From positions 14,322,001 through 14,386,000 of the forward strand of contig NC_043007.1 in assembly GCF_006345805.1 (NCBI RefSeq): a stretch of 64,000 nucleotides of DNA, read 5' to 3'. Position 1 is the first letter of the stretch. Each line of letters starts with the position of its first letter. The notes under the pieces are model-generated. The model made no database searches and was not told the origin of the DNA. It saw only the letters and a program-made list of their open reading frames with translations. Made by a program: the position numbers and the translations under genes. Shown here piece after piece: positions 25,426-37,678 of this stretch. The stretch comes from Octopus sinensis (lineage: Eukaryota).

Positions 25426-27689
25426 ACAGAATTGTCAGAACATCAGACACAAATGCCTTGCAAGTATTTAGTTATGACCCTTTAAGCTCTGATCAAAATC
25501 CTGCTATGGTCGACTATGCCGTTTATCTTTCCAGGGGTGACAGAATAAAGGAACAGTCAAGTATTGGGGACAATGTAATCAGCTATTTCCACTCCCCAAA
25601 TTTGGTGCCTTGTACAACATCATCATTTAATGTCTGTTCTCGATGCTGTTGTTGTTGTTGTTGTTAAGCAACAAGACGGGTAAGGGTGATTAGGTGATGG
25701 TCTAGGGCTTAGGGGCAGGAGACCCCAGACCTTGGGGAAAAAAAAAAACTTTAGTTGTCTTGTTGTAGTCAAGGGCTTTTCGTTGACGCCCGACACCACT
25801 GGGAGGTGGCCCTCGAAGTCGTTGGAAATGGAGATCTCCAGGTCCAAATTCTTGAACAGCTGTTCTCGATGCTGGCATGGGTTGGATGGTTTGACAGGAG
25901 CTGGCCAACTTGAGAGCTGACCGGGGCCCCATTTTCTGTTTTGGCATGGTTTCTATGGCTGGGTGCCCTTCCTAAGAACCAACCATTTCACAAAGTGTAC
26001 TGGGTGCTTTTAAGTGGCCCCAGCACCCACGAGCCCACAAAGCTAGGACCACTCAGCTAAGAAAGGAGGATGGTAATAGGTGTAGGATTAGCAGATCTGC
26101 ACTATATATTCTCTACATTGATATTGAAATGGTAACAGGAGAATACATGAAACCAGTCTTGATAAAGGGAGTTAGTCTTCAGAGACTGCATATGAAATAA
26201 TACAATAAAAAATAAATGCGCCCTTTTAAAGCTTAGCCAGGCTCATGGGCCGGTTTCTATGGTGTATGTGTTCCCCAGCTGGACGGGACGCCAGTCCATT
26301 GCAGCGTTACTCATTTTTGCCAGCTGAGTGGACTGGAGCAACGTGAAATGAAGTGTTTTGCTCAAGAACACAACGCATCGCCTGGTCCAGGAATCGAAAC
26401 CACAATCTTACAATCATGGTGCTGGCACCCTGACCACTAAGCCACGCACCTCCACATGAAATAATATAGTGAAAGCCAAAAGAAAGAACTGAATCACAGC
26501 AAATTGCTATACCTGGGGACAACTGTAATTCATTGCCAAAGACTGAGACAGATGGAGATCTCTTGTTGCCACTCTGTACTCTACATGGAGTTAAAGGAAT
26601 TAAGATGATATTCAGCTTAAATATCTATAAGAAAAACATGGGTAAAGATTATGTTCAAGAGGAAAACATTCGAGCGAGGTTGTTGCCTGTGCCACTGGAC
26701 TGGCTCCTGTGCAGGTGGCATGTAAAAGCACCCACTACACTCTCAGAGTGGTTGGCGTTAGGAAGGGCATCCAGCTGTAGAAACTCTGCCAGATCAGACT
26801 GGAGCCTGGTGCAGCCATCTGGTTCGCCAATCCTCAGTCAAATCGTCTAACCCATGCTAGCATGGAAAGCGGACATTAAGCAATGATGATGATGGTGGAG
26901 GTACATGGCCTAGTGGTTAGAGCAGCGGACTCACGGTCGAGGGATAGCGGGTTCGAATCTCAGACCGGGTGATGTGTGTGCTTATGAGCAAAACACCTAA
27001 GCTCTACGCGGCTCCGGCAGAAGGTAATGGTGAACTTCTGCTGACTCTTTTGCCACAACTTTCTCTCACTCTTTCCTCCTGCAACTAGCAGCTCACCTGC
27101 GACGGACCGGCGTCCCGTCCAGGTGGGGAACCTATATGCCAAGGAAACTGGGAAACCGGCCCTTATGAGCCAGGCATGGCTTAAGAAGGAACAAACAAAC
27201 AATGATGATGATGATGATGAGGGATGTACACCCTGGAGAGGAAGGAGTGAAAAAAATTTTTTACTACTTTTGTTGCCATATTCCTGCTGAAATACACAAT
27301 CTTTGTTTCGGTTGGATTTGAAAACAATGAAGAATTTGGTAAAATAACTTTGCCATTGTTAAGCTGATGCTTGAAACATAAATCAACATACAATGTTGAT
27401 GGACAGTTTTAATTTAGATTACTTCAAAACAGGCCCATTGCCAGACTTATTTCTTTACTACCCACAAGGGGCTAAACACAGAGAGGACAAACAAGAACAG
27501 ACAAAGGGATTAAGTCGATCACATCGACCCCAGTGCGTAACTGGTACTTATTTAATCGACTCCGAAAGGATGAAAGGCTAAGTCGAACTCAGTGGAATTT
27601 GAACTCAGAACGTAGCGGCAGACGAAATACACTAAGCATTTCGCCCGGCATGCTAACATCTCTGCCAGCTCACCCATTGCCAGACTTGA

Positions 27690-28120
27690 TGTCTGGGGGT
27701 GCTTCAGAATATTCTGGGTGGGTATTAATTTGTAATAATGCTAAAGTGGAGTTATGATATAAGTATATCACTGTAAATTTGAAGGTGCGCCACTGAATAA
27801 TGGGTGGGGCCGTGTTGTCCAGTGCACGACCCACCCCTAGCGATGAATATCCTTCAAAGCAAGAAATTTGTATTACAGAATCAGATGGAGTCTCAGGGGA
27901 GTTAGTATCACAAGGTTCAATGTTGTTTGGAGGCAGAGCAGAAATGATAAGCAGGGGAGCATCAAGTGGACTTGAACAGATGGGTACACAGTACCGAAGG
28001 GTCAAGAGAGGAAATTGGAGTGAATGTGAGCCGGTGTTTGTAGTATGCTTGTTTAATCCCAGATCAGATGTGATTGAGCAGATCAAAGATCAAAGGCACT
28101 CCATCAGTGATCATCCTGGA
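27690..28120 (-). mobile_element. Possible degraded LINE APE-endonuclease remnant
   Basis: Weak resemblance (LP.N...ET..D..QIS..., TVIYLY) to CR1-like endonucleases; stops in all frames after the acceptor-like site at 28115. Confidence 0.3.
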
Positions 28121-29711
28121 AAACTAAGATATGCAGTGCAGAGATTAAAAAACTGGGCTCTCAATCATAAAATTGTGGTTCAATTCCTGGTCTGGGAAGT
28201 ATGTTGTTTCCTTGGACAAGGCATTTTACTTCATATTGTTCTGGTACATTTATAAATAATAAATAAATAAATGCGCCCTTTTAAAGCATAGCCAGGCTCA
28301 TGGGCTCGGTTTCCCGGTTTCTATGGCATATGTGTTCCCCAGCCGGACGGGACGCCAGTCCATCACAGCGTTACTCATTTTTGCCAGCTGAGTGGACTGA
28401 AGCAACGTGAAATGAAGTGTTTTGCTCAAGAACACAACACATCGCCCGGTCCAGGAATCGAAACCACAATCTTACGATCATGATGCTGACACCCTAACCC
28501 ACTCACCTCCACCCTTTTTTTAAAGCCTAGCCAGGCTCATGGACCCGGTTTCCCAGTTTCTATGGTGTATGTGTTCCCCAGCTGGATGGGATCCAGTCCA
28601 TCGCAGCGTCACTCATTTTTGCCATCTGAGTGGACTGGAGCAACGTGAAATGAAGTGTTTTGCTCAAGAACACAATGCGTCACCCAGTCCAGGAATCGAA
28701 ACCACAATCTTACGATCATAATGCTGACACCCTAACCACTAAGCCACGCGCCTCCACTCTGATACATTTAGGTAGCCAAAAATGAACAAGATTGACAGAG
28801 TGCCTAGTCAGCATCAATTTAGTGCAGAATCATTACCAAGTCAGCAGTATGGTGAAATATCTTCAGGCATGAAAAGGGATACATCCCAGTTGTAGAATGT
28901 TATATCCTACCTTTACCATTTTATGTGGTTACAGGCATGACTGTGTGGTTAAGAAGTTCACTTCCCAACCATGGGGGTTTTGGGTTCCGGTTCAATCCCG
29001 TTACTCTTTTACTTGTTTCAGTCATTTGACTGCAGCCATGCTGGAGCACCGCCTTTAGTCGAGCAAATTGACCCCATGACTTTTTCTCTGGAAGCCTAGT
29101 ACTTATTCTATCAGTCTCTTTTGGCGAACTGCTAAGTTATAAGGACGTAAATACACCAGCATCGGTTGTCAAGCGATGTTGGGGGGACAAACACAGACAC
29201 ACAAACATATACATATATACGACAGGCTTCTTTCAGTTTCCATCTCCCAAATCCACTCACAGGCTTTGGTCGGCCTGAGTCTATAGTAAAGACACTTGCC
29301 TAAGGTGCCACACAGTGGGAATGAACCTGGAACCATGTGGTTGGTAAGCAAGCTACTTACCACACAGCGACTCCTGCGCCCATTGTGCAAGTGTCTTCTA
29401 CTATAGCACCAGGTTGACCAAAGATTTGCAAGTAAATTTGGTAGATGGAAACTGAAAGAAGCCCATTATATATATGAGTGTGTGTTTTCTTGTTTTGACG
29501 ACACATGACAGTTGGAAATGAGTGTCACTGTCATACAAGTGGTGTCGTTCTCTGTGAAAACCATGTCTGGTGAAGGGGAAATGTTATCTTGCTTAAAAAC
29601 AAGTGAGGTTTAGTGACAGGAAAGGCATCCAGCTGTAGAAAATCTGCCTCAATAAATTCTTAAGCATGGAATAGTGGAAGCTATGACAATGGTGACTACA
29701 TTATCCAAGAC

Positions 29712-30233
29712 AATGACTGGCATCCGTGCTAGCGGAGTGCAAAGAGCACCATACGAGCATGATTGTTGACAGAGCGGTTAACCGGCTTCCGTGCCAGTGG
29801 CACATAAAAGGCACCATTCGAGTGTGATCATTACCGGCGTCGCCTTACTGGCACTTGTGCCCATGCTAGTAGGGTGCCAAGAGCACCATCCGAGCATGAT
29901 CATTGCCAGAGCAGCCAACTGGCTTCCGTACTGGTGGCACGTAAGCGTGATCGTTACTAACGTCGCCTTACTGGCACCTGTGCCAGTGACATGTGTAAGA
30001 AGATTCGAGCGAGGTCATTGCCAGTACTGCCTGACTGGCCTCCGTGCTGGTGGCACATAAAAGCACCCACTACACTCTCGAAGTGGTTGGCGTTAGGAAG
30101 GGCATCCAGCTGTAGAAACTCTGCCAGATCAAGATTGGAGCCTGGTGCAGCCATCTGGTTCGCCAGCCTTCAGTCAAAATCATCCAACCCATGCTAGCAT
30201 GGAAAGCAAACGTTAAACGATGATGATGATGAT
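29712..30233 (+). mobile_element. Family-A RTE 3' UTR copy
   Basis: Subrepeats, conserved core and (GAT)n tail. Further copies at ~1-212(-), 1720-2051(+), 5270-5470(-), 6840-7030(-), 8711-9044(+), 16870-17092(+), 20420-20618(+), 23725-23850(+), 25860-26030(-), 26668-26893(+), 43620-43900(-), 48222-48536(+), 56450-56645(+), 56945-57282(-), 58135-58495(+), 62100-62295(-). Confidence 0.85.
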
Positions 30234-30490
30234 GTCCCCTTTAAGACAATAGAGCATGGCTTGAGGGTACCCCATTTGGCTTGAATGATTGTTGATGGTG
30301 GTGTCATAGTCAATCAGTAGAATATTTTTATGTGTAGCAGCTACTCTATTAGAGGTATGTAAAGAATTCTTTCAGAGTGGGGTATTAAGTGAACTTTGTA
30401 GAAAGCCAGTAAAACAATATGAGACACACAGACAAAGTTGGTGCCCAACACATTGAAGTTTAAATAATGGAAAGCTGGATTATTACAAAA

Positions 30491-30985
30491 TCATCATTCA
30501 TCATGGTTTAACGTCTGTTTTCTATGCTGGCATGGGTTGGACGGGTTGACTGAGGTCTGGAAAGCCAGCGACTGCATCAGTCTCCAATCTGATCTGGCAA
30601 TGTTTCTACAGCTGGATGATCTTCCTAACACCAACCACTCTGAGTGTAGTGGGTGCTTTTTACATGTCACCAGCACAAGGGCCAGTCAGGCGGCCCTGGC
30701 ATCGATCATGTTCGGAGAGTTCTTTTTACATGCCACTGGCACAGGAGCCAACCAGGGTGCACTGGTATTGACCATGTTTGGATGGTGCTTTTTACATGCC
30801 ACTGGGACCGGAGACAGTCGGGTAGCCCTAGCATCAGTCACGTTCGGATAGTGCTTTTTATGTGCCACTGGCACAGGAGCCAGTCAGGCGGCCTTGGCAT
30901 CGATCATGTTCGGATAGTGCTTTTTACATGCCACTGGCACAGGAGCCAGTCATGCGGCCCTGGCATCAATCACGTTCGGATAGTG
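30491..30985 (-). mobile_element. Family-A RTE 3' UTR copy, inverted relative to 29712-30233
   Basis: Reverse complement of the core plus five subrepeats; tail-to-tail with the previous copy ~260 bp away. Confidence 0.85.
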
Positions 30986-31747
30986 TTTTTTTTAATAATC
31001 TGCTTTCCATGCTGGCATGGGTTAGTCAGGTTATTATGGTCATTCAGAATTACTATCCTCCTAGGCAGGTCAGGGGCAGCATTAGCATCAGATGCCCATT
31101 GTTAATACCAACCACTTCAGTGTGTATCAGGTGCATTTTATCATGGCACCAGCACTGAAGAGGTTGTCATGTTCTCAATAAGCCAATGCCGTATTCTCGT
31201 TAAGTATCTACTATTCTTTTACTTGTTTCAGTATTTGACTGTGGCCACGCTGGAGCACAGCCTTTAGTCAAACAAATCGACCCCAAGACTTATTCTTTGT
31301 AAGCCTAGTACTTATTCTATCGGGCTCTTTTGCCGAACTGTTAAGTTATGGGGAAATAAACACACGAACATCAGTTGTCAAGTGATGGTAGGGGGGACAG
31401 ATTGAATAAGTACTAGACTTACAGAGAATAAGTCCTGGGGTCGATTTGTTCGACTAAAGGTTGTATTCCAGCATGGCCGCAGTCAAAATGACTGAAACAG
31501 GTAAAAGAATAAAAGAACATATATACGATGGGCTTCTTTCAGTTTCTGTCTACCAAAACCACTCACAAGGCTTTGGTTGGCCCAAGGCTATAGTAGAAGA
31601 CACTTGCCAAAGGTGCCATGCAGTGGGACCGAACCCAGAACCATGTGGTTGGGAAGCAAGCTTCTTACCACACAGCCACTCCTGCGCCTCCTGTACTTTT
31701 CAACTTTTTCCTCAAACAAGTTACCTGTGACCCTTCCCTTTTAATTA

Positions 31748-32040
31748 GTGGAGGCACATGGCCTAGTGGTTAGAGCAGCGGACTCGCGGTCGAGGGATCG
31801 CGGGTTCGAATCCCAGACCGGGCGATGTGTGTGTTTATGAGCGAAACACCGAAGCTCCACATGGCTCCAGCAGAAGGTAATGGCGAAACTTCTGCTGACT
31901 CTTTCGCCACAACTTTCTTCCTGCAACTAGCAGCTCACCTGCGACGGACCTGCGTCCCATCCAGGTGGGGAACCTATATGCCAAGGAAACTGGGAAAACC
32001 GGCCCTTATGAGCCTGGCGTGGCTCGAGAAGGAACAAACT
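31748..32040 (+). mobile_element. Family-D tRNA SINE with V-SINE-like domain
   Basis: GGCCTAGTGGTTAGAGC A box, GGTTCGAATCCC B box, CTGCGACGGACC..CGTCCCATCCAGG domain. Second copy at 26895-27202. Confidence 0.85.
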
Positions 32041-34023
32041 TCCCTTTTAATAATGACCTGGTCAGGCATCATATTGAGCCACCAAGAGAGTGGCTAATCT
32101 GCTGGATCGATCAACTAGAAATAATAGCTAATTCTTCAAATACCTCTGATAGAAGAATTCAAATAGCTAATTCTTCTATCATAGAGATCCTGGGTGAGTT
32201 ATGGCAGGGAAAGAGATGAGATGGTCAAGACTGTAGTAGTATTGACCTCAAGCCTGGTCAATCAGAGCTGATTTGGTGGGGGGAGGGGGGGGGGGGCTAG
32301 ACAACATTTGTCATCTCCCTCATATTTCTACACAGCTACCTGTCATGGCCTCTTCCTTGTCTTGTCTCTTGTTTATGTATTATGGCCTCCACATCACAGT
32401 AATGAAGAAAGCCAAACAAACTCTACTCCCTTCTTGGTAAACAGTCCCTCAATCCTTCTTGAGTGACCCCTCCACCACCACCCCCATCTCCTTTTATTCA
32501 TCATCAAATCCTTTTCTCCTCTATGGCAATCCTCCTTGCAAGTGACCCCCTCCTCCTCTCTTGTTATGGTCATTCCCTTTTCTCCCCTCTTATTACTCTG
32601 TCAAACCTTCTTCTCAAGTGACAGCCCCCCCCCACTTCCCTTGCAAAGCTATCATTCCTTCTTCTCCAGTGATACCCTCCCTCCCCCACCTCCACTCATC
32701 TTAAACAGCCTGTCACTCTTGTGTGTCATTCCATTTTTCTCTTCCTGCTTATAGCTTTTCTCACTCCTAACACCAGAGCTGTTTCATCTTGATGTTATGT
32801 TGTTGCTTTAGCCCTAGGCCAGACCTGATTTCACAAACTATGAACAAAGCCATCATCCATCCAGGGATTCTTTTATACCTTTATTTGTTTCAGTCATTTG
32901 ACTGTAGCTATCCTGGAGCACTGCCTTTAGTCTCAAGCTAATCGACCCCAGGACTTATTCTTTGTAAGCCTAGCACTTATTCTATCGGTCTCTCTTAATT
33001 CTTTATTGCCCAAAAGGGGCTAAACATAGAGGGGACAAACAAGGACAGACAAGCGGATTAAGTCGATTATATTGACCCCAGTGTGTAACTGGTACTTATT
33101 TAATCGACCCTGAAAGGATGAAAGGCAAAGTCGATCTCAGCGGAATTTGAACTCAGAACGTAACGGCAGGCGAAATACCACCAAGCATTTTACTGGGCAT
33201 GCAAACGTTTCTGCCAGCTTGCTGAACCGCTAAGTGACAGGGACGTAAACACACCAGCATCCGCTGTCAAGCAATGTTAGGGGGACATACACACACACAC
33301 AAGGCTTTGGTCGGCCCGAGGCTATAGTAGAAGACACTTGCCCAAGGTGCCACGCAGTGGGACTGAAACCAGAACCATGTGGTTAGTAAGCAAGCTACTT
33401 ACCCCACAGCCACTCATATTTTTTTTTTTTTTGGTATATTGTCTAAAATACCCATTTTTCTTTTACACACAACAGGAAATGATTTGAGATATTTTGGTTG
33501 CTATTTCTAAAGCAACTACATAAAAGCTCACTCACTGATTCATTGATCTTGTGAGTAGACCTATGACCCAAAAACATTCCAGCTGTAACCCTACAGTCTT
33601 AGACATCCAGGACAACGATAAGTAGCAAGACCACCCATCCATATAAAAGTTAACTCCAAAATTTTTATGCATATTTTTCACCATCATTTAATGTTCACTT
33701 TTCCATGCTTGCATGGGTCAGACAGAATTTGCTGAGGCAGATTTTAATGGTCAGATGCCCTTCCTGTGGCCAACCCTTACTTGTTTCTAAGCAAAGTACA
33801 TATATATATATATGTATATATATATATACTCTCTCTCTTTTACTCTTTTAGTTGTTTCAGTCATATGATTGTGCTCATGCTGGAGCACTGCCTTTAGTCG
33901 AGCAAATCAACCCCAGGACTTATTCTTTGGAAGCCTAGTACTTATTCTATCGGTCTTTTTTACCGAACCGCTAAGTTACACACCACCATCGGTTGTCAAG
34001 CGATGTTGGGGAGACAAAAACAG

Positions 34024-34068
<45 letters not shown>

Positions 34069-34231
34069 CACATACGACAGGCCTCTTTCAGTTACGACTA
34101 CCAAATCCACTCACAAGGCTTTGGTCAGCCCGAGGCTATAAGTAGAAGACACTTGCCCAAGGTGCCACGCAGTGTGACTGAACCCGGAACCATGTGGTTG
34201 GTAAGCAAGCTACTTACCACACACACACATA

Positions 34232-34269
<38 letters not shown>

Positions 34270-35138
34270 TATATATAATATATATATATATAAACTTATG
34301 AGCAAGAAACGATTTGGATCATGACGACTCTTCCACCCCATGCCAGCATGGAAAGTAGATTTTAGGACGATTTGAGATGTGTGTGTTACAGTGGTCATGT
34401 TACTAATTAATTAGACACAAAGAATATTCTAAACCACATCCCAAAACAGTTATTACTTGAGCCAATGAGCATTTACGCGGGTGCTAGAAATAGCAACCAA
34501 ATTTTCCTGAAATCAAACCTTATCAGATTGAAGAAAACACGTTGAACAATGTAGTGAAATGTGATATAAAAGGACGAGATGGTCACAACTGGAGACCCTT
34601 TTGATTACAGGTTTGCTTTATCAGAACTAATCTGCAGCTAAACAACAACAAAGTCATTACCTCCAGAGATTGTACAACAGGTTTTCAACTACTTCCCAAG
34701 ATCTTAATAGGACCTGAAAGGGTTATGGATGCTGTCCCTCCGTATTACATTTAATAAAATAACAAAATATATAAATATACTAACAGAAAAACAACAATAC
34801 ATGCACATTACATGGATGTTTCATTATGCTAATATATCATCATCATCGTTGTAACAGCCGTTTTTTCCATACTGGAATGGGTTGGACAGATCTACCGTAC
34901 AACGCATCGCTATTTGTCTCAACCAATATCCGGAAATCTAACTGAATCACTTCGTCTCCGATTTGACTGAATAAGTTTCCTTCAAATACCGTAGGATTTC
35001 TTAATCAATGAAGAAGCCTTAGTCAAATGTCTTGCTGAAGGACACGGAAAATAACAAATTATTATATATAATATTTCGCATGTGAGGTGAGACTATTTTT
35101 CGCTGCTAATCCAATGAGAGCCCACCCCTACTTTCTAA

Positions 35139-35242
35139 TTAGACTAAAAGGTGAGAATAGTGGTTAAATACAGACAAGTTTGGAGCGGTGTTGGGGAGGG
35201 TTCTTGGTAGACAATTAGTAGTGTGAGACATGTCAGTATGAC
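35139..35242 (-). CDS. Candidate terminal exon of the THAP gene (GHTDMSHTT...YSHLLV*)
   Basis: Acceptor tatattcag|GT is phase-compatible with the THAP donor and gives 33 aa plus TAA (116 aa product). No homology support. Confidence 0.25.
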
Positions 35243-37431
35243 CTGAATATATACACTGACAAATAATCCGAAGATTGCACTCCCACCCCATTTACACATA
35301 CACCACTGTCCATATTCAAATTTCGACCAAAATAAAAAGAGAAGAAGGAAAAAAGCAAAGGATAAAAATAACCTGGGCAACGTTTTACTAATTAGAAACT
35401 TCACTTACTTTTACAAAAACTTAATATTTCATCCCATCAACAACTACAATATTAAAAGGAACATTTTTTTTTCTAATTGTGTGTCAACTAATTACCCAGA
35501 GGGAAGGGAGAAGAAAAGAATAACATGTTTGTAAATTGCTGAGAGACAATTATATATAATAACATCAACTGCGGATATTTTTATCGATCAAAACATCTGA
35601 ATGGGATGAAAATTTTGAAAGAAAAAAAACACCTACACAGAAGTATGTGTACGTTTGCGTGTGTGTAAGTATGTGTATGTATGTAACGTAAAATGTTAGA
35701 AATAGTTGATGTGTTGGAAAAATTTCTTTAAACGATCAGAAGTGGGGAAAAAAACACAGCTGAAATGGTAAGTCTGGGCAGTGAGTCGCTAATGAGTAAC
35801 ATACATACGCACAGCCACATCCGTACACATACGTGTACACATTCACGCATACATGCATGTGTAGAGAGGATGGTGACGGGGTGCAGATGCGAGTGTGTCA
35901 CCAAGAAAGGATGTCTCGGTGGGGTCCAGAACCAGAAACTCAATTCAAATAGCCAATAGAAACAATATGGCGAAATTGTCAGAATGAATTAATGAAACAA
36001 AAATAAATTAGAGGTGGGAGAATGAAAATAAAAAAACCGTAGGACCTTGATTAAACGAGACAAAAACAAAAAAATACGGTGGAGTGATAGGGTGAAAAAT
36101 AAACACAGGTTAATAAAGGAGAAGGCTGAGAACGGGAAAGAAACGTAAAGAAAAAAAAAGAACAACTTCTAGAAACACATGTCAAAAGCAAACACCTGCT
36201 AGGCAAATTGATCGTTCATTTTTCCAATTAGATATTGGATATTAAAACAGAAAAAATAAAAAGAGAAAAAAATGAATTTATTACAATAAAGAGGTACCAA
36301 ATGAATTCACAAGTGAGCATTGATAAAATATTTAGGTCTAATAATAAAAAAAAAAGCGGAATAGATTGTCTGACCTATTGTTTTTGTAAAGTCAATATAT
36401 TGCGGTGTTATAATAAATAGCCTTAACGGGTTTTTGTTGAACAACGAGTATTCTTATTTATCATATTATTATTACTACGGATAACGACTTGGCTACGAAT
36501 GAATAAAGAAGCAGTGTTGGGGTAGGATCCACAAGTGGCTATTTCTATGAGAATCCACTCTACACAGTAGTAGCACTGCTCCCAGACTGACACACACGCA
36601 ACACGTGTGGATTTGTTAAATAAGAAACGAATAAAAACCTATAAGAAATGTCAATCAACCTTGAATTTATTTATTTTTCGGAAAACGAGCAAATTTTTAA
36701 GATAATTATTTTTATCTAAGACCGAAATCCAAACGATAGATCTCGCGTGTACATTGTGATCCAGTGGCTTTTTGCCTTAATTTTAATTCAAACATGCGTC
36801 AGTCAACACGCGCCGAATGAAGGCTGGTAAAAATAAAACGCACATGGTTAATATATGTATCTGTTGATGCATGTGTATCAGTGTACGTATATAGGAATAT
36901 CTGAATATATATATAACAGTGCAGGGATAAACGTGTGAATATTCAGACATACATGTATGTGTGTGTGTGTATTACATGTGAATATATGTGTCTAAGTGTA
37001 AGTTCATGTTTGTCTTTGTGTGTATGTATGTATATGTGTCTAATATATGTATCTGTGTGTATATGTATGTCTGTGTGTGCTAGTGTACAAGATATGGTAG
37101 TAGTGTTCCACCACTGCCACAACCGTTACATAAAAATCAACAACAGATTTTTAAAAAGATACATTTGAAGCTAAAGATGGAATTAAACGAACGGTGAATA
37201 ATAAAGAAATTTTATATTTCGCAGGAATTCCGACACGTTCAATGAAGCATGGACTTTTTAAATTATTATCATTATTATTATTATTATTAGAAGTAGTAGT
37301 AGTAGTAGTAGTAGTATTAATGATAATAATGGTAAATCACAACACATAAATAACATCTAAAAACTGCAAGCTTTCTTGAAGGTGTCAACAAGGTAGTAGT
37401 CAGACACTTATCTACATATTTATTTCCTTAC

Positions 37432-37678
37432 CGAGTAGGTTGATCCGTGGCAAATCTTTTTTTCCCATCCGAACATTGTTCTTGAAATGAAGACTACACA
37501 CCCTGCTGCTCTCTTTACTGATTCTCTCCACGTCGCTGGGATCATTGAGGTTGTAGCCGGCTCTTTCCACCCACTTTCGCAACAGTGGACGGTCATTCCA
37601 CGGCAACCGGTAAAAATGGATCGCCTGGTTTTTCTTCTGGACACTCTTGCAACCTTTCACAATACAACTACTCGGCAT
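37432..37678 (-). CDS. THAP zinc-finger domain exon (first coding exon of a THAP-domain gene)
   Basis: MPSSCIVKGC...FYRLPW...W...VCSLHF...LPRINLL carries the C2CH THAP signature with conserved P, W and F. Ends at CTCG|GTAAGG (phase 1). Acceptor-like CACAG| 10 nt upstream of the ATG. Confidence 0.9.

Noticed and set aside
29790-30070. CRISPR-like alternation of GTGCC-NNN-GGCAC repeats and 'spacers'
   Set aside because: The spacers are homologous to each other, the array is part of a dispersed RTE 3' UTR, and there are no cas genes.
31748-31822. tRNA gene-like sequence (also 26895, 43260-43330, 61690)
   Set aside because: A and B boxes run into SINE bodies with tails and TSDs; no complete acceptor stem is evident.
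31868-31897. Similarity to the CPEB3 HDV-like ribozyme ends (CAGCAGAA...GCGAA.TTCTGCTG)
   Set aside because: Only ~12 nt separate the strands, leaving no room for P1, P3 and P4; it is a simple stem plus possible pseudoknot.
36490-36600. Intronic H/ACA snoRNA or miRNA
   Set aside because: ANANNA and ACA are present on -, but the second hairpin would be only ~25 nt; the long stem is too bulged for a pre-miRNA.
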